NCBI RefSeq assembly: GCF_014396165.1
Contig: NZ_CP060715.1
Span: forward strand, 270,001 to 302,000
Direction: 5' to 3'
Length of the DNA stretch: 32,000 nt
From: Erysipelothrix inopinata
GTDB taxonomy: Bacteria > Bacillota_I > Bacilli_A > Erysipelotrichales > Erysipelotrichaceae
The notes under the pieces are model-generated. The model was not told the origin of the DNA. It searched no databases and saw only the letters and a program-made list of their open reading frames with translations. A program made the position numbers and the translations under genes. This document shows, in pieces, positions 8,325 to 16,979 of this stretch (the first letter of the stretch is position 1; the number at the start of each line of letters is the position of its first letter).

Positions 8325-10349
8325 TTAATCGTGGTACAAGTACCATTTCTTAATCCAAGGAAGGTTCTTCCACCATGTTTTAAGTTTTGGCATTACCCAG
8401 TAATCAAGACTTAATGTATTACCACCGAATAAGATTGCGATTCCTGCGAATAACATCCACATTGTATGGAGGTAAAGTCCTGTAGTCATCATGAACATTA
8501 ATTGTAATCCAACAGAGATTGCTCCGAAGAATGTTGTGAATAGACCTGCAATTAATGCAAGACCAATAACGATTTCTAATACAACAACCATTGCTTGCAT
8601 GAAGATTTGCATACCGTTACTTGATAAGATTACTGTATTTACAAACCAGTTCATCAATGGAACATTTAGTTTAAATGCAAAGTCAGTTAATTTCGCTGCT
8701 TCCAGTGTTGTTCCTGAAACTAAGATTGTTTGGAATAACCAGAAGTTCCAGTTCATTAATACTGTACCTGCTGCTGCTGCTCCACCTGTTGCTGCGCCTG
8801 TTGCCCCCGCTACCGCTTCTGCTGCGGCTCCAGTTGCTCCAGCTACTGCTTCTGCTGCTGCACCTGCTGCACCAGCTTGTGCTGCTGCTCCAGTTGTTAC
8901 GCCAAGAAGTCCGTCATACCAAGCTTGTGCTCCACCAAAGAATTTTTCTAATTGAGGAGTTCCTGATAACCAACCTTCTTGAACTTTCTTAACACCTTCA
9001 AATAACCAAACCATACCCAACCAAACTCGGATAGGGAATAACATAAAGCTTGGTGTACGGTTTGAGAAGTTACCACCCACAAAGCTACGTTTGTTACGGA
9101 TTGTAAAGATTTCATGTTTTAAGTAGCTGAATACTTTATTCCAGCCTAGAACTTGTACAAAGTAAACACAGTTCATCATATGTTTTGCAAACATTGCAAA
9201 GAATGACCATAAGTTAAATTCAACTTTACCAAGTTTAATATTTGCAGTTCCCCAACGACCACCGATACATACCATTGTACCGTGGAAGCTTGGTGTATAT
9301 GCTTTAAGATTTCCTGTTCCGCGAATTGATTCCGCAATGTTGTGAGCAACAAGTCCACCACTTTGTTCAGCGTTTTCAACCATTTGTGGTACAGGACGTT
9401 CTTCACCTTCTAATACGAAGTATGTGTTATCACCAACAACATAAACGTCTTCACGACCTTTTGCACGTAAGTATTGATCTGTTTCAATACGTCCTGCTCG
9501 TTGTGATGCTTCAAGTTCACTACCTGATTTGGATGTGATATCAGCACTTTCGATACCTGCAGTCCAAATAACTGTATGAACACTGTTTTCTTCAATTTTT
9601 CCATCAATATCTAAAGTAATTGATGAATCTGTAACTTTAATAACTTTAGCGTTTAGTTTGATTTCAACACCCATTTTTTCTAAACGGTTTTGAACTTTAT
9701 TCGCTAATTTCTCAGGTAAAGTCATAACTGTACGTGGCATTGCATCCACTTCTACAAGTGTAACTTCACTTGGTTCGATTGAGTATTTACTACATAATAC
9801 AGGAACGTATTCTGCAAGTTCACCCATCATTTCAACACCTGTAAATCCAGCTCCTACAACATAGAATGTAAGCAAGAAACGACGTTTTTCTTCATCAGGT
9901 TCTTGTGCAGCTTGTACAAATGTATTTGTAATATGTTGATGTAGATTTACGGCATCATCATATGACCACAATGTATGTGTGTGTTCTTTTGCACCTTCAA
10001 TACCAAAGTAAGTTGGTTTTGATCCTGCAGCAATGACAATATAATCATATTCATAGCTTTCGTGTGAACCCAATACAACCTTCTTATCAAAATCAATACT
10101 TTCAACGTTATCAAGTTTAACGTTAACATTACGACCTGCAAAAATTTTCGCTAAATCCATACGGATTGAGTACTCATCAACACGACCAGCAGCAACTTCA
10201 TGAAGTTCTGTTAACATCGTGCTAAATGGATTACGATCAATAATCGTAATATCTACAGCGTCTTGTTCTTTTTTAAATTTCTTAGCAAGTTTCTTCGCGG
10301 CTAAAATCCCGGAATAACCAGCCCCAACAACGACTACTTTCTTTCCCAT
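8325..10349 (-). CDS. Type II NADH dehydrogenase (NDH-2) fused to a C-terminal multi-pass membrane domain (FLEET Ndh2-like)
   Basis: ATG at 10349 (MGKKVVVVGAGYSG) lies behind AAGGAG; the ORF-track start at 10376 is TTG. Two Rossmann GxGxxG motifs are present (VGAGYSG, VGAGFTG), plus VYVVGDN. The C-terminal approximately 230 aa contain several TM helices and an Ala/Gly-rich loop. Confidence 0.85.
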   Translation of the reverse strand: MGKKVVVVGAGYSGILAAKKLAKKFKKEQDAVDITIIDRNPFSTMLTELHEVAAGRVDEYSIRMDLAKIFAGRNVNVKLDNVESIDFDKKVVLGSHESYEYDYIVIAAGSKPTYFGIEGAKEHTHTLWSYDDAVNLHQHITNTFVQAAQEPDEEKRRFLLTFYVVGAGFTGVEMMGELAEYVPVLCSKYSIEPSEVTLVEVDAMPRTVMTLPEKLANKVQNRLEKMGVEIKLNAKVIKVTDSSITLDIDGKIEENSVHTVIWTAGIESADITSKSGSELEASQRAGRIETDQYLRAKGREDVYVVGDNTYFVLEGEERPVPQMVENAEQSGGLVAHNIAESIRGTGNLKAYTPSFHGTMVCIGGRWGTANIKLGKVEFNLWSFFAMFAKHMMNCVYFVQVLGWNKVFSYLKHEIFTIRNKRSFVGGNFSNRTPSFMLFPIRVWLGMVWLFEGVKKVQEGWLSGTPQLEKFFGGAQAWYDGLLGVTTGAAAQAGAAGAAAEAVAGATGAAAEAVAGATGAATGGAAAAGTVLMNWNFWLFQTILVSGTTLEAAKLTDFAFKLNVPLMNWFVNTVILSSNGMQIFMQAMVVVLEIVIGLALIAGLFTTFFGAISVGLQLMFMMTTGLYLHTMWMLFAGIAILFGGNTLSLDYWVMPKLKTWWKNLPWIKKWYLYHD
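8763..8897 (-). repeat. GC-rich Ala/Gly/Thr low-complexity insert in the NDH-2 membrane domain, with a 2 x 33-nt tandem repeat at 8799-8864
   Basis: It encodes TTGAAAQAGAAGAAAEAVAGATGAAAEAVAGATGAATGGAAAAGT. The unit GAAAEAVAGAT occurs twice, back to back. Confidence 0.9.
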
Positions 10350-10392
10350 TTCATTCTCCTTTAATGTTGTAAACAACTATCTTGCATTCTAT

Positions 10393-10421
10393 ATTATATT
10401 ATAACCACCCTAAGTTCTCAA
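10393..10421 (-). promoter_or_regulatory. Sigma-A-type promoter of the ndh2 operon
   Basis: On the minus strand, -35 is TTGAGA (10416-10421), the spacer is 17 nt and -10 is TATAAT (10393-10398). A second overlapping TATAAT lies at 10398-10403. Confidence 0.55.
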
Positions 10422-10530
10422 ACAATAAGAAAATGAGGATACCATTTCACACTTTTAAAATCCTCTGTGCGACCTGATATCCTCACTCTTACATTTTAAT
10501 TGTGAAGTGAACCCCTTTCATTCACAAATA

Positions 10531-12936
10531 TCAAACTGTAGGTTTCACTACTAAGTTCACAATTTTGTTTTTAATGACTATTTCTTTCACAACTGTCATT
10601 CCTTCAAGATTCTTTTGAACTTGAGGTTGTTCATAAACAAGTGCTTTCAATGCAGCTTCTTCAAGATTATTTGCGGCATTAAATTTAGCACGTACTTTAC
10701 CATTAATTTGAACGACAATTTCAACCTCATCAAGGACTAGTTTTGATTCATCGTATTGTGGCCAGGCAACGTAGCTAATACCTTCTTTACCTGTTAACAT
10801 CATGTAAAGTTCTTCGCCTAAGTGAGGTGCAAAACATGCTAACATCTTAACAAATCCAATCGCATATTCTCTGTAAACTGTTTCCACTTTATATGCTTCA
10901 TTTACAAAAATCATCAATTGAGAAATAGCAGTATTCATGCCAAATCCCTCAATGTCATGAGTTACTTTTTTAACGGTTTGGTTATAGACAAAGTCAAGGC
11001 TTCCATCATTTGTATCTACAATCTTATTTTCATCTTCAAGTAAACGCCACACACGATCTAACCATTTTCGAATTCCGTCAAGACCCCGTGTACTCCAGCC
11101 AATCGCGCCATCCAATGGTCCCATAAACATTTCATAAACACGTAACGCATCTGCACCATGACTCATAACGATATCATCTGGATTCACAACATTACCACGT
11201 GATTTGCTCATTTTTTCATTATTTTCGCCAAGAATCATACCTTGGTGGAACAACTTTTTGAATGGTTCTTTTGTAGTTACAACACCCAAATCGTAAAGCA
11301 CTTTATGCCAGAATCTTGCATAGAGTAAGTGAAGAACCGCATGTTCGGATCCACCGACGTAAAGGTCCACATTCATCCAATGTTCAAGTAATTCAGGATC
11401 TCCAATTGCTTCTTCATTGAATGGGTCGATATAACGTAAGTAGTACCAGCATGAACCAGCCCATTGTGGCATGGTATTCGTTTCGCGTACTCCTGTGCTA
11501 CCATCTGCAAACGTGACATTCAACCAATCTCCTGCATTCGCAAGTGGAGAGCGTCCATCACCCGCAGGTTTATAGTTATCAATTGCAGGTAATTCTAATG
11601 GCAAGTCTTCAAGGTCAACCGTACGCATTGTGCCGTCTTCCATATGAACGATAGGAATTGGTTCTCCCCAATATCTTTGACGTGAGAATAACCAGTCGCG
11701 AAGTTTATAGGTCACCTTAGGAGCACCATAACCATTTTCTTGTAACCATGCATTCATTGTTTCGATAGCTTCTTCTTTTCCTTTTCCATCTAGGAAATCA
11801 GAGTTAATGTGAACGCCATCGCCTACGAATGCTTCTTCCGTAATGTCGCCACCTTCAAGTACAGGAACAATTTCTAAATCATATTTTTTCGCAAATTCGT
11901 AGTCACGTTCATCATGTGCAGGTACTGCCATGATGGCACCACTACCATATGCTGCGAGAACATAATCAGCAATAAAGATTGGAACACGTTTTTTGTTTAC
12001 AGGATTAATAGCATAAGCCCCTGTGAAAACGCCTGTTTTTTCTTTATTTAGTTCTGTTCTTTCAAGATCTGATTTATGAGCCACCGCATCGACATACTTA
12101 TCGACTGCTTCTTTATTTTCAGCAGTAGTAATTTTCGATACAAATGGATGTTCTGGTGCTAAGACACAGTATGTGTTTCCAAATAAAGTATCTGCACGCG
12201 TTGTAAATACTGTAAACTCAAGATCGTGATTATCCACTTTGAAGATAACATCTGATCCAACTGATTTTCCAATCCAGTTTATTTGCATTTCTTTTGTTGA
12301 TTCTGGCCAGTCTACAAGCTCAAGATCTTCAAGTAAACGTTCAGCATATGCGGTAATTTTTAGTACCCATTGACGCATAGGAACTCGAATTACATCAAAT
12401 CCTCCAACCTCAGATTTACCATTAATCACTTCTTCATTCGCGAGTACGGTTCCAAGCTCAGGACAGAAGTTTACGGGTTTTTCATCAATATATGCTAATC
12501 CCATGTCATAGAGTTGTGTAAAGATCCATTGTGTCCACTTGTAGAATTGCGGATCAGTTGTCGATATTTCACGCGACCAATCATACGATAATCCTAACGC
12601 CTTAATTTGATCAGTAAAGTGCGCAATATTTTGCTTTGTAAATCCATCAGGATGATTTCCTGTCTTTAATGCAAACTGCTCTGCGGGTAATCCAAACGCA
12701 TCCCATCCCATCGGATGAAGAACATTAAACCCGTTCATTCGTTTGTATCTTGCAATGACATCAGTCGCTGTATAGCCACGTGGATGTCCAACATGAAGTC
12801 CGTTTCCTGAAGGATACGGGAACATATCTAAGATATAGTATTTAGGAATCGACATATTATGAACATCTGTCTTAAATGTTTCATTCTCATCCCAGTATTT
12901 TTGCCATTTTTTTTCTATTTTTAAATGATTATACAT
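10531..12936 (-). CDS. leuS: Leucine--tRNA ligase
   Basis: ATG at 12936 ([15 protein letters not shown]) lies behind AAGGAGG. Class I motifs are present: HVGH (in [12 protein letters not shown]) and KMSKS. The length of approximately 801 aa is typical of LeuS. Confidence 0.95.
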   Translation of the reverse strand: MYNHLKIEKKWQKYWDENETFKTDVHNMSIPKYYILDMFPYPSGNGLHVGHPRGYTATDVIARYKRMNGFNVLHPMGWDAFGLPAEQFALKTGNHPDGFTKQNIAHFTDQIKALGLSYDWSREISTTDPQFYKWTQWIFTQLYDMGLAYIDEKPVNFCPELGTVLANEEVINGKSEVGGFDVIRVPMRQWVLKITAYAERLLEDLELVDWPESTKEMQINWIGKSVGSDVIFKVDNHDLEFTVFTTRADTLFGNTYCVLAPEHPFVSKITTAENKEAVDKYVDAVAHKSDLERTELNKEKTGVFTGAYAINPVNKKRVPIFIADYVLAAYGSGAIMAVPAHDERDYEFAKKYDLEIVPVLEGGDITEEAFVGDGVHINSDFLDGKGKEEAIETMNAWLQENGYGAPKVTYKLRDWLFSRQRYWGEPIPIVHMEDGTMRTVDLEDLPLELPAIDNYKPAGDGRSPLANAGDWLNVTFADGSTGVRETNTMPQWAGSCWYYLRYIDPFNEEAIGDPELLEHWMNVDLYVGGSEHAVLHLLYARFWHKVLYDLGVVTTKEPFKKLFHQGMILGENNEKMSKSRGNVVNPDDIVMSHGADALRVYEMFMGPLDGAIGWSTRGLDGIRKWLDRVWRLLEDENKIVDTNDGSLDFVYNQTVKKVTHDIEGFGMNTAISQLMIFVNEAYKVETVYREYAIGFVKMLACFAPHLGEELYMMLTGKEGISYVAWPQYDESKLVLDEVEIVVQINGKVRAKFNAANNLEEAALKALVYEQPQVQKNLEGMTVVKEIVIKNKIVNLVVKPTV

Positions 12937-12953
12937 ATGAGCCTCCTTGATAA

Positions 12954-13173
12954 TAAAAAAAGTACCTGCATAAAGGACGAATGTCTCGCGGTACCACCTT
13001 AATTCCAACCAAATATTGGTTGACTCTCAAACCCGTAACGAGGGAAACGAAATTTCCTAATTAGTTCAGAAACTTAGCTCATGGATGAGTTCAATATGTT
13101 TCTTCTATCGACTTGCACCAACCGTCGATTCTCTTAGAGAAGATTAATATCTACTAGTTCCATTCATTGCTTT
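12954..13173 (-). promoter_or_regulatory. T-box riboswitch leader, Leu specifier (CUC)
   Basis: The minus strand carries the conserved T-box AATTAAGGTGGTACCGCG (12987-13004). The specifier-loop context is GAA-CUC-A, with CUC at 13087-13089. The terminator helix GTACC...GGTAC (12962-12994) is followed by a U-run (12954-12961), directly upstream of leuS. Confidence 0.85.
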
Positions 13174-13179
13174 GATTTA

Positions 13180-13208
13180 ATCATAATTGAAGGTTCGTTA
13201 ATTGTCAA
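13180..13208 (-). promoter_or_regulatory. Promoter of the leuS T-box leader
   Basis: On the minus strand, -35 is TTGACA (13203-13208), the spacer is 17 nt and -10 is TATGAT (13180-13185). Confidence 0.6.
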
Positions 13209-13287
13209 TAAATTACCCTCTATAAAAAGGATATTAAGTGTGCTAATATCAACTTATAAATCGATATTCATGTCGTGTGAGGTTCAG

Positions 13288-14166
13288 ATGAAAGATGTCA
13301 TGATTAGAAATAAAAAATATCAGTATACTGAGGATATTAAAGATAATGATTCGTTACGATTTTCGTTCAACAAACTTTGTTACGAGACGTTTGGTTTTGA
13401 CTTTGAATCATGGTATCAAGAAGGATATTGGAGTGATACGTTCATTCCTCATGTATTAATTGTTGATGAAGAAGTTGTCGCAAATATTTCAGTAAACATT
13501 CTAAAGTTTAAGATGTCATCCGGTATCAAAACCTATATACAAATCGGAACTGTAATGACAAAACAACGGTACCGTGGTAAAGGCTGCGGTGACTTTTTAA
13601 TGCATACTATCCTTAATGATTGGAAGTTAAAGGCTGATGCCATTTACCTTTACGCTAATGGTTCCGTTCTCGACTTCTATTCAAATTATGATTTTAGACG
13701 TGCTTACGAACATCAATTTACCTATTATCCCAGTACCGTACCAACTCATGATTTTGAACCCTTAATCCTCAATCAAGAAACACATCCACTCCTTCTTGAT
13801 TTATACCATCATGGAAATCCATTCGCATCCGCGTCCCTAATAGATAACCCCGGTTTCTTCATGTTCTACTGTTTAGGTTTCTTTGAAGATTGTCTTTATT
13901 ACTCAAAGCAAGAAAATACACTCGTAATCTATGATGATTCTCAAAATCTTATCTACGATGTTTTTGGATCACCTTCCGTAAGTCTTACCACAATCCTCGA
14001 TTGTTTTGCTTCCGAAGAACTCTTCCTCGGTTTTACACCTGAAGAAATGGATCCAATGGATTATGCACCACTCGTTGAAGAAGATACCTATCTTCTCGTA
14101 TACTCAAAAAAAGAGAACCCATTTAAGGATTCTGTCATGATGTTACCATTACTCTCTCATGCTTAA
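13288..14166 (+). CDS. GNAT-family N-acetyltransferase with an extended C-terminal domain (approximately 292 aa)
   Basis: ATG at 13288 lies behind GAGG. The acetyl-CoA motif QRYRGKGCGDFLM (Q/RxxGxG) is present. The substrate cannot be inferred. Confidence 0.7.
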   Translation: MKDVMIRNKKYQYTEDIKDNDSLRFSFNKLCYETFGFDFESWYQEGYWSDTFIPHVLIVDEEVVANISVNILKFKMSSGIKTYIQIGTVMTKQRYRGKGCGDFLMHTILNDWKLKADAIYLYANGSVLDFYSNYDFRRAYEHQFTYYPSTVPTHDFEPLILNQETHPLLLDLYHHGNPFASASLIDNPGFFMFYCLGFFEDCLYYSKQENTLVIYDDSQNLIYDVFGSPSVSLTTILDCFASEELFLGFTPEEMDPMDYAPLVEEDTYLLVYSKKENPFKDSVMMLPLLSHA

Positions 14167-14960
14167 CGCTTTTTATAAAGACTGACTCCAAATTCGATTC
14201 GCGTCGAAAGTGTATCCAGTTTGCCAATCGCATCAAGACCGGATTTTGGCGTACGATGAAAATAGGGAGTCATTGAGAATAAATCCTGAATTTCTTGCTG
14301 GTTCTGTAATGTAATTTGCTCGTGAACAAACCGTGTTTCTACCAACTCGAAGCCTTCCATTGGTAATGCTTTATTATCATTTAGATACGGTTCTGAGTAA
14401 GCTACTTGTTTTAATTCAAAGAGATGATGTTCGAGAGGATATACCAAAATAAAGGATCCTCCTTTTTTTAATACACGCGTCGTATCTTCTAATGAATAGG
14501 GTGCAAATACAGAGATTGCAATATCCATACTTTCGTCCATGATTGGTAAATCATAGGTGCTTGCAACCACAAATGTGCATTCTTTATACTTTCTCGCAGC
14601 CAAATCAATCGCATCCTTTGAAATGTCCACACCGATTATCTGATGATTTTTACGAAACTTTTCAGTATAGTAACCTTCACCACATCCCATATCCACAATC
14701 ATATTATTCATGTCAGTGGATTCAATAAAATCATTGATAACATTCACAAGTGGTAGGTAATAGTTTTGTTCAAGAAATCTTCTTCTTGAAACAACCATTA
14801 CTTTTTCATCACCATGTTGTTTTGTTTTTGATTGTTGTGAATGCAACAAGTTCACATAATTACTTTTGGCACAATCAAACGCGTGTTTATTAACACAGTA
14901 ATACGTACGATTGTCCTTTTTTAAAGCCGTATGACATACGGGACATCTTAATGATTCCAT
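14163..14960 (-). CDS. rlmA: 23S rRNA (guanine-N1)-methyltransferase, RlmA family
   Basis: The N-terminal Zn-ribbon CPVCHTAL...YYCVNKHAFD is followed by NYVNLL, and the SAM motif VDMGCGEGYY is present. This is the typical RlmA(I/II) layout. Confidence 0.8.
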   Translation of the reverse strand: MESLRCPVCHTALKKDNRTYYCVNKHAFDCAKSNYVNLLHSQQSKTKQHGDEKVMVVSRRRFLEQNYYLPLVNVINDFIESTDMNNMIVDMGCGEGYYTEKFRKNHQIIGVDISKDAIDLAARKYKECTFVVASTYDLPIMDESMDIAISVFAPYSLEDTTRVLKKGGSFILVYPLEHHLFELKQVAYSEPYLNDNKALPMEGFELVETRFVHEQITLQNQQEIQDLFSMTPYFHRTPKSGLDAIGKLDTLSTRIEFGVSLYKKR

Positions 14961-15012
14961 ACTCTACCTCTGTTCTCTATTCATTGTACCATGATTTTTT
15001 TAAGAGTATTCA

Positions 15013-15040
15013 TTGATATTTCATAGCATTCCACTATAAT
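15013..15040 (+). promoter_or_regulatory. Sigma-A-type promoter of the CxxC lipoprotein gene
   Basis: -35 is TTGATA (15013-15018), the spacer is 16 nt and -10 is TATAAT (15035-15040). AGGAGG follows at 15051-15056. Confidence 0.6.
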
Positions 15041-15062
15041 TAATAATCGTAGGAGGTCACTT

Positions 15063-15581
15063 ATGAAAAAAACATTATTAGTGGCATTAACAGCATTACT
15101 GATTCTCACAGGTTGTTCAGGAAAATCAAACCTGATGTCTGGTTATAAAGGATTCGATAAAAAAGATAATCACTTCATTCGCGAAAATTACACCGACGCA
15201 ATGACTAAAATTGAAAATAAAGAAGCAGGCATCTTCTATTTTGGATTTGATACCTGCCCATGGTGTATCGCTCTTGTTCCTGTACTTGAAGATGCTTTAA
15301 CTGAAGCAGATGTCAAAGCAGAATACATTGACGTACAAGATAAAGAATTTAAAGAAGATAAAGAACTTCAAGATCGCTTCACTAAATTCAATGCTTCTCT
15401 ACCTCAAGATCAAACAAGTATGCAAAACGGAGCACCCACTGTACCTTTTGTTGTAATCATTGACAAAGATGGTAATTTATCAACTCACGTTGGAACAATT
15501 GATAATAAACAACAATTATCTGATACAGAAAAAGAATTCTTAAAACTTCGTTTAGCTGACAAATTTAAAAAAGTTAAATAA
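15063..15581 (+). CDS. Thioredoxin-fold lipoprotein with a CPWC active site
   Basis: Lipobox LILTGC and the CxxC motif DTCPWC are present. The product is predicted to be an extracytoplasmic thiol-disulfide oxidoreductase-like protein. Confidence 0.7.
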   Translation: MKKTLLVALTALLILTGCSGKSNLMSGYKGFDKKDNHFIRENYTDAMTKIENKEAGIFYFGFDTCPWCIALVPVLEDALTEADVKAEYIDVQDKEFKEDKELQDRFTKFNASLPQDQTSMQNGAPTVPFVVIIDKDGNLSTHVGTIDNKQQLSDTEKEFLKLRLADKFKKVK

Positions 15582-15588
15582 CAATTCG

Positions 15589-15615
15589 CTACCAGCATTT
15601 GCTGGTAGTTTTTTT
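15589..15615 (+). terminator. Intrinsic terminator
   Basis: The stem is CTACCAGC / GCTGGTAG with loop ATTT, followed by seven T. Confidence 0.8.
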
Positions 15616-15626
15616 ATCATTACACT

Positions 15627-15653
15627 AAAAAAACCACACACTGTGTGGTTTTC
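15627..15653 (-). terminator. Intrinsic terminator for the LytTR-GNAT pair
   Basis: The minus strand reads AAACCACAC-AGT-GTGTGGTTT, followed by a T-run. Confidence 0.6.
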
Positions 15654-15663
15654 TTTAAGATAA

Positions 15664-16074
15664 TTAAACTTGACCCAATTGTTTTACGAAAATGATTTCA
15701 AGATTTTCACCAGGGAGTACAAATGATCCTGCATCTTGGTATTCTAGTTTTCGATAAAAGTGCTGTGCTGATTCTTCAGCTAAGCTTGATGTCATCGCAA
15801 GATAATGTCCCATTGCTCGAAGTTCTGTTTCCCAGTAGTTCATTAACTCTAAACCAATGCCTTTATTACGGTAAGGTTTTAGAATGTAAAGTTTGTTTAG
15901 AAACGGAATGTGGTCCCAGAACATATTGTAGCGAAGCCAACCGATAAGTTTATCTTCATTCTCATAAACGAGCACGCGTTCTAATTTAATTATATTTTCC
16001 ATTTCACTGTATTCAATATCGTTATCTAAATCTAGAAGAATATTGAGATCTTCCAACGTTGCATGACGGATCAT
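15664..16074 (-). CDS. Small GNAT-family acetyltransferase
   Basis: The acetyl-CoA motif YRNKGIGLELMNYWE is present. I prefer the start MIRHATLEDL at 16074. Upstream in-frame starts at 16101 and 16134 (TTG) cannot be excluded. Confidence 0.65.
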   Translation of the reverse strand: MIRHATLEDLNILLDLDNDIEYSEMENIIKLERVLVYENEDKLIGWLRYNMFWDHIPFLNKLYILKPYRNKGIGLELMNYWETELRAMGHYLAMTSSLAEESAQHFYRKLEYQDAGSFVLPGENLEIIFVKQLGQV

Positions 16075-16137
16075 AGGATATACCACTCTTTCTAACTTCA
16101 TTTTAAAACTATTAGAGTGTGGTTTCAAGACCAACCG

Positions 16138-16776
16138 TCATTGATTGGTAATTCTAACAAATTGGTCCATCACGAAATTTTGTTTTCTTCGTGAAACTGG
16201 AAACCTTTTTCCATTCGTCAAGAACAGTTCCTGATTTACTATTTTAGTAACATATGACATGTTGACAAGGATGCCTCGATAACACTCAACAAAGTAATCC
16301 ATATCTAAACGTTCTTTCCACTGTTGAAATGAATCTGTACTAGAATATGTCATTGTTAGTGTTCCAAGTTCCACAATTCTGTTTCTCACCTCGATATAAA
16401 CAATGTCAGATACTCGAACTTTGTAAAGACCATTGTCATCAATAATAACAGTCTTTTTATCAAGACTGATACTATCAACAACTTGTTTAAGTCTTAGTAT
16501 CAAGCTTTCCTTCAAGAGTGAACGGAGTACTTGTACATGAACTGATGCATATTTAAAGTATTCGTCAGTAATTAGAATCACATACGCAACCTGTGTCATT
16601 TCATATTCGTAAGTTTTTTCATCAAGAATAAGAATATCGCATGGAATTGATTCATTCCACTTCTCATAAACAATATATCGAACATGATGATTGGTTAATT
16701 CTTTAAATAAATTAATACTATGAATGACTTCTTGCTGATCAATTGGATTGGATAAGTATACGGCGATTTCAATCAT
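16138..16776 (-). CDS. LytTR-domain DNA-binding protein with a degenerate receiver-like N-terminus
   Basis: The C-terminal LytTR-like segment reads VRVSDIVYIEVRNRIVEL...YFVECYRGILVNMSYV...FPVSRRK. The N-terminal half lacks the acidic pair of canonical receivers. No kinase gene is nearby. Confidence 0.7.
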   Translation of the reverse strand: MIEIAVYLSNPIDQQEVIHSINLFKELTNHHVRYIVYEKWNESIPCDILILDEKTYEYEMTQVAYVILITDEYFKYASVHVQVLRSLLKESLILRLKQVVDSISLDKKTVIIDDNGLYKVRVSDIVYIEVRNRIVELGTLTMTYSSTDSFQQWKERLDMDYFVECYRGILVNMSYVTKIVNQELFLTNGKRFPVSRRKQNFVMDQFVRITNQ

Positions 16777-16940
16777 AATATCCCCCTACGCCCTAAGATA
16801 TTCATTCACCAACATTTTGTAAAGTATAAATCCCAAAGGGTTGAATTGACTTCAATAAAGGTTTTCTTGAATGACTGTGAGGTATCAATAACTACGTATA
16901 TGTATGCCTAGAATCCTATGCAAAAGCATTGCTATTTGTT

Positions 16941-16956
16941 GTTTACAGTTGTAAAC
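16941..16956. promoter_or_regulatory. cop box operator (perfect 7-2-7 inverted repeat containing TACAnnTGTA)
   Basis: The sequence is GTTTACA-GT-TGTAAAC, 24 nt upstream of the copY ATG, inside the likely promoter spacer. TATAGT lies at 16958-16963. Confidence 0.8.
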
Positions 16957-16979
16957 TTATAGTAAGGATGTGATTTAAT

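Noticed and set aside
8491-8992. Two plus-strand ORFs (154 aa and 105 aa) rich in Ala/Pro/Leu, antisense to the NDH-2 gene
   Set aside because: They are artefacts of the GCN-rich repeat, which reads open in several frames. They have no RBS, are low-complexity, and lie entirely inside a well-supported gene.
10366-10377. Palindrome GTTGT-AA-ACAAC in the ndh2 5' UTR, considered as a redox-regulator (Rex-like) operator
   Set aside because: The arms are only 5 bp and it does not match the Rex consensus TTGTGAA-N4-TTCACAA. It is too weak to call.
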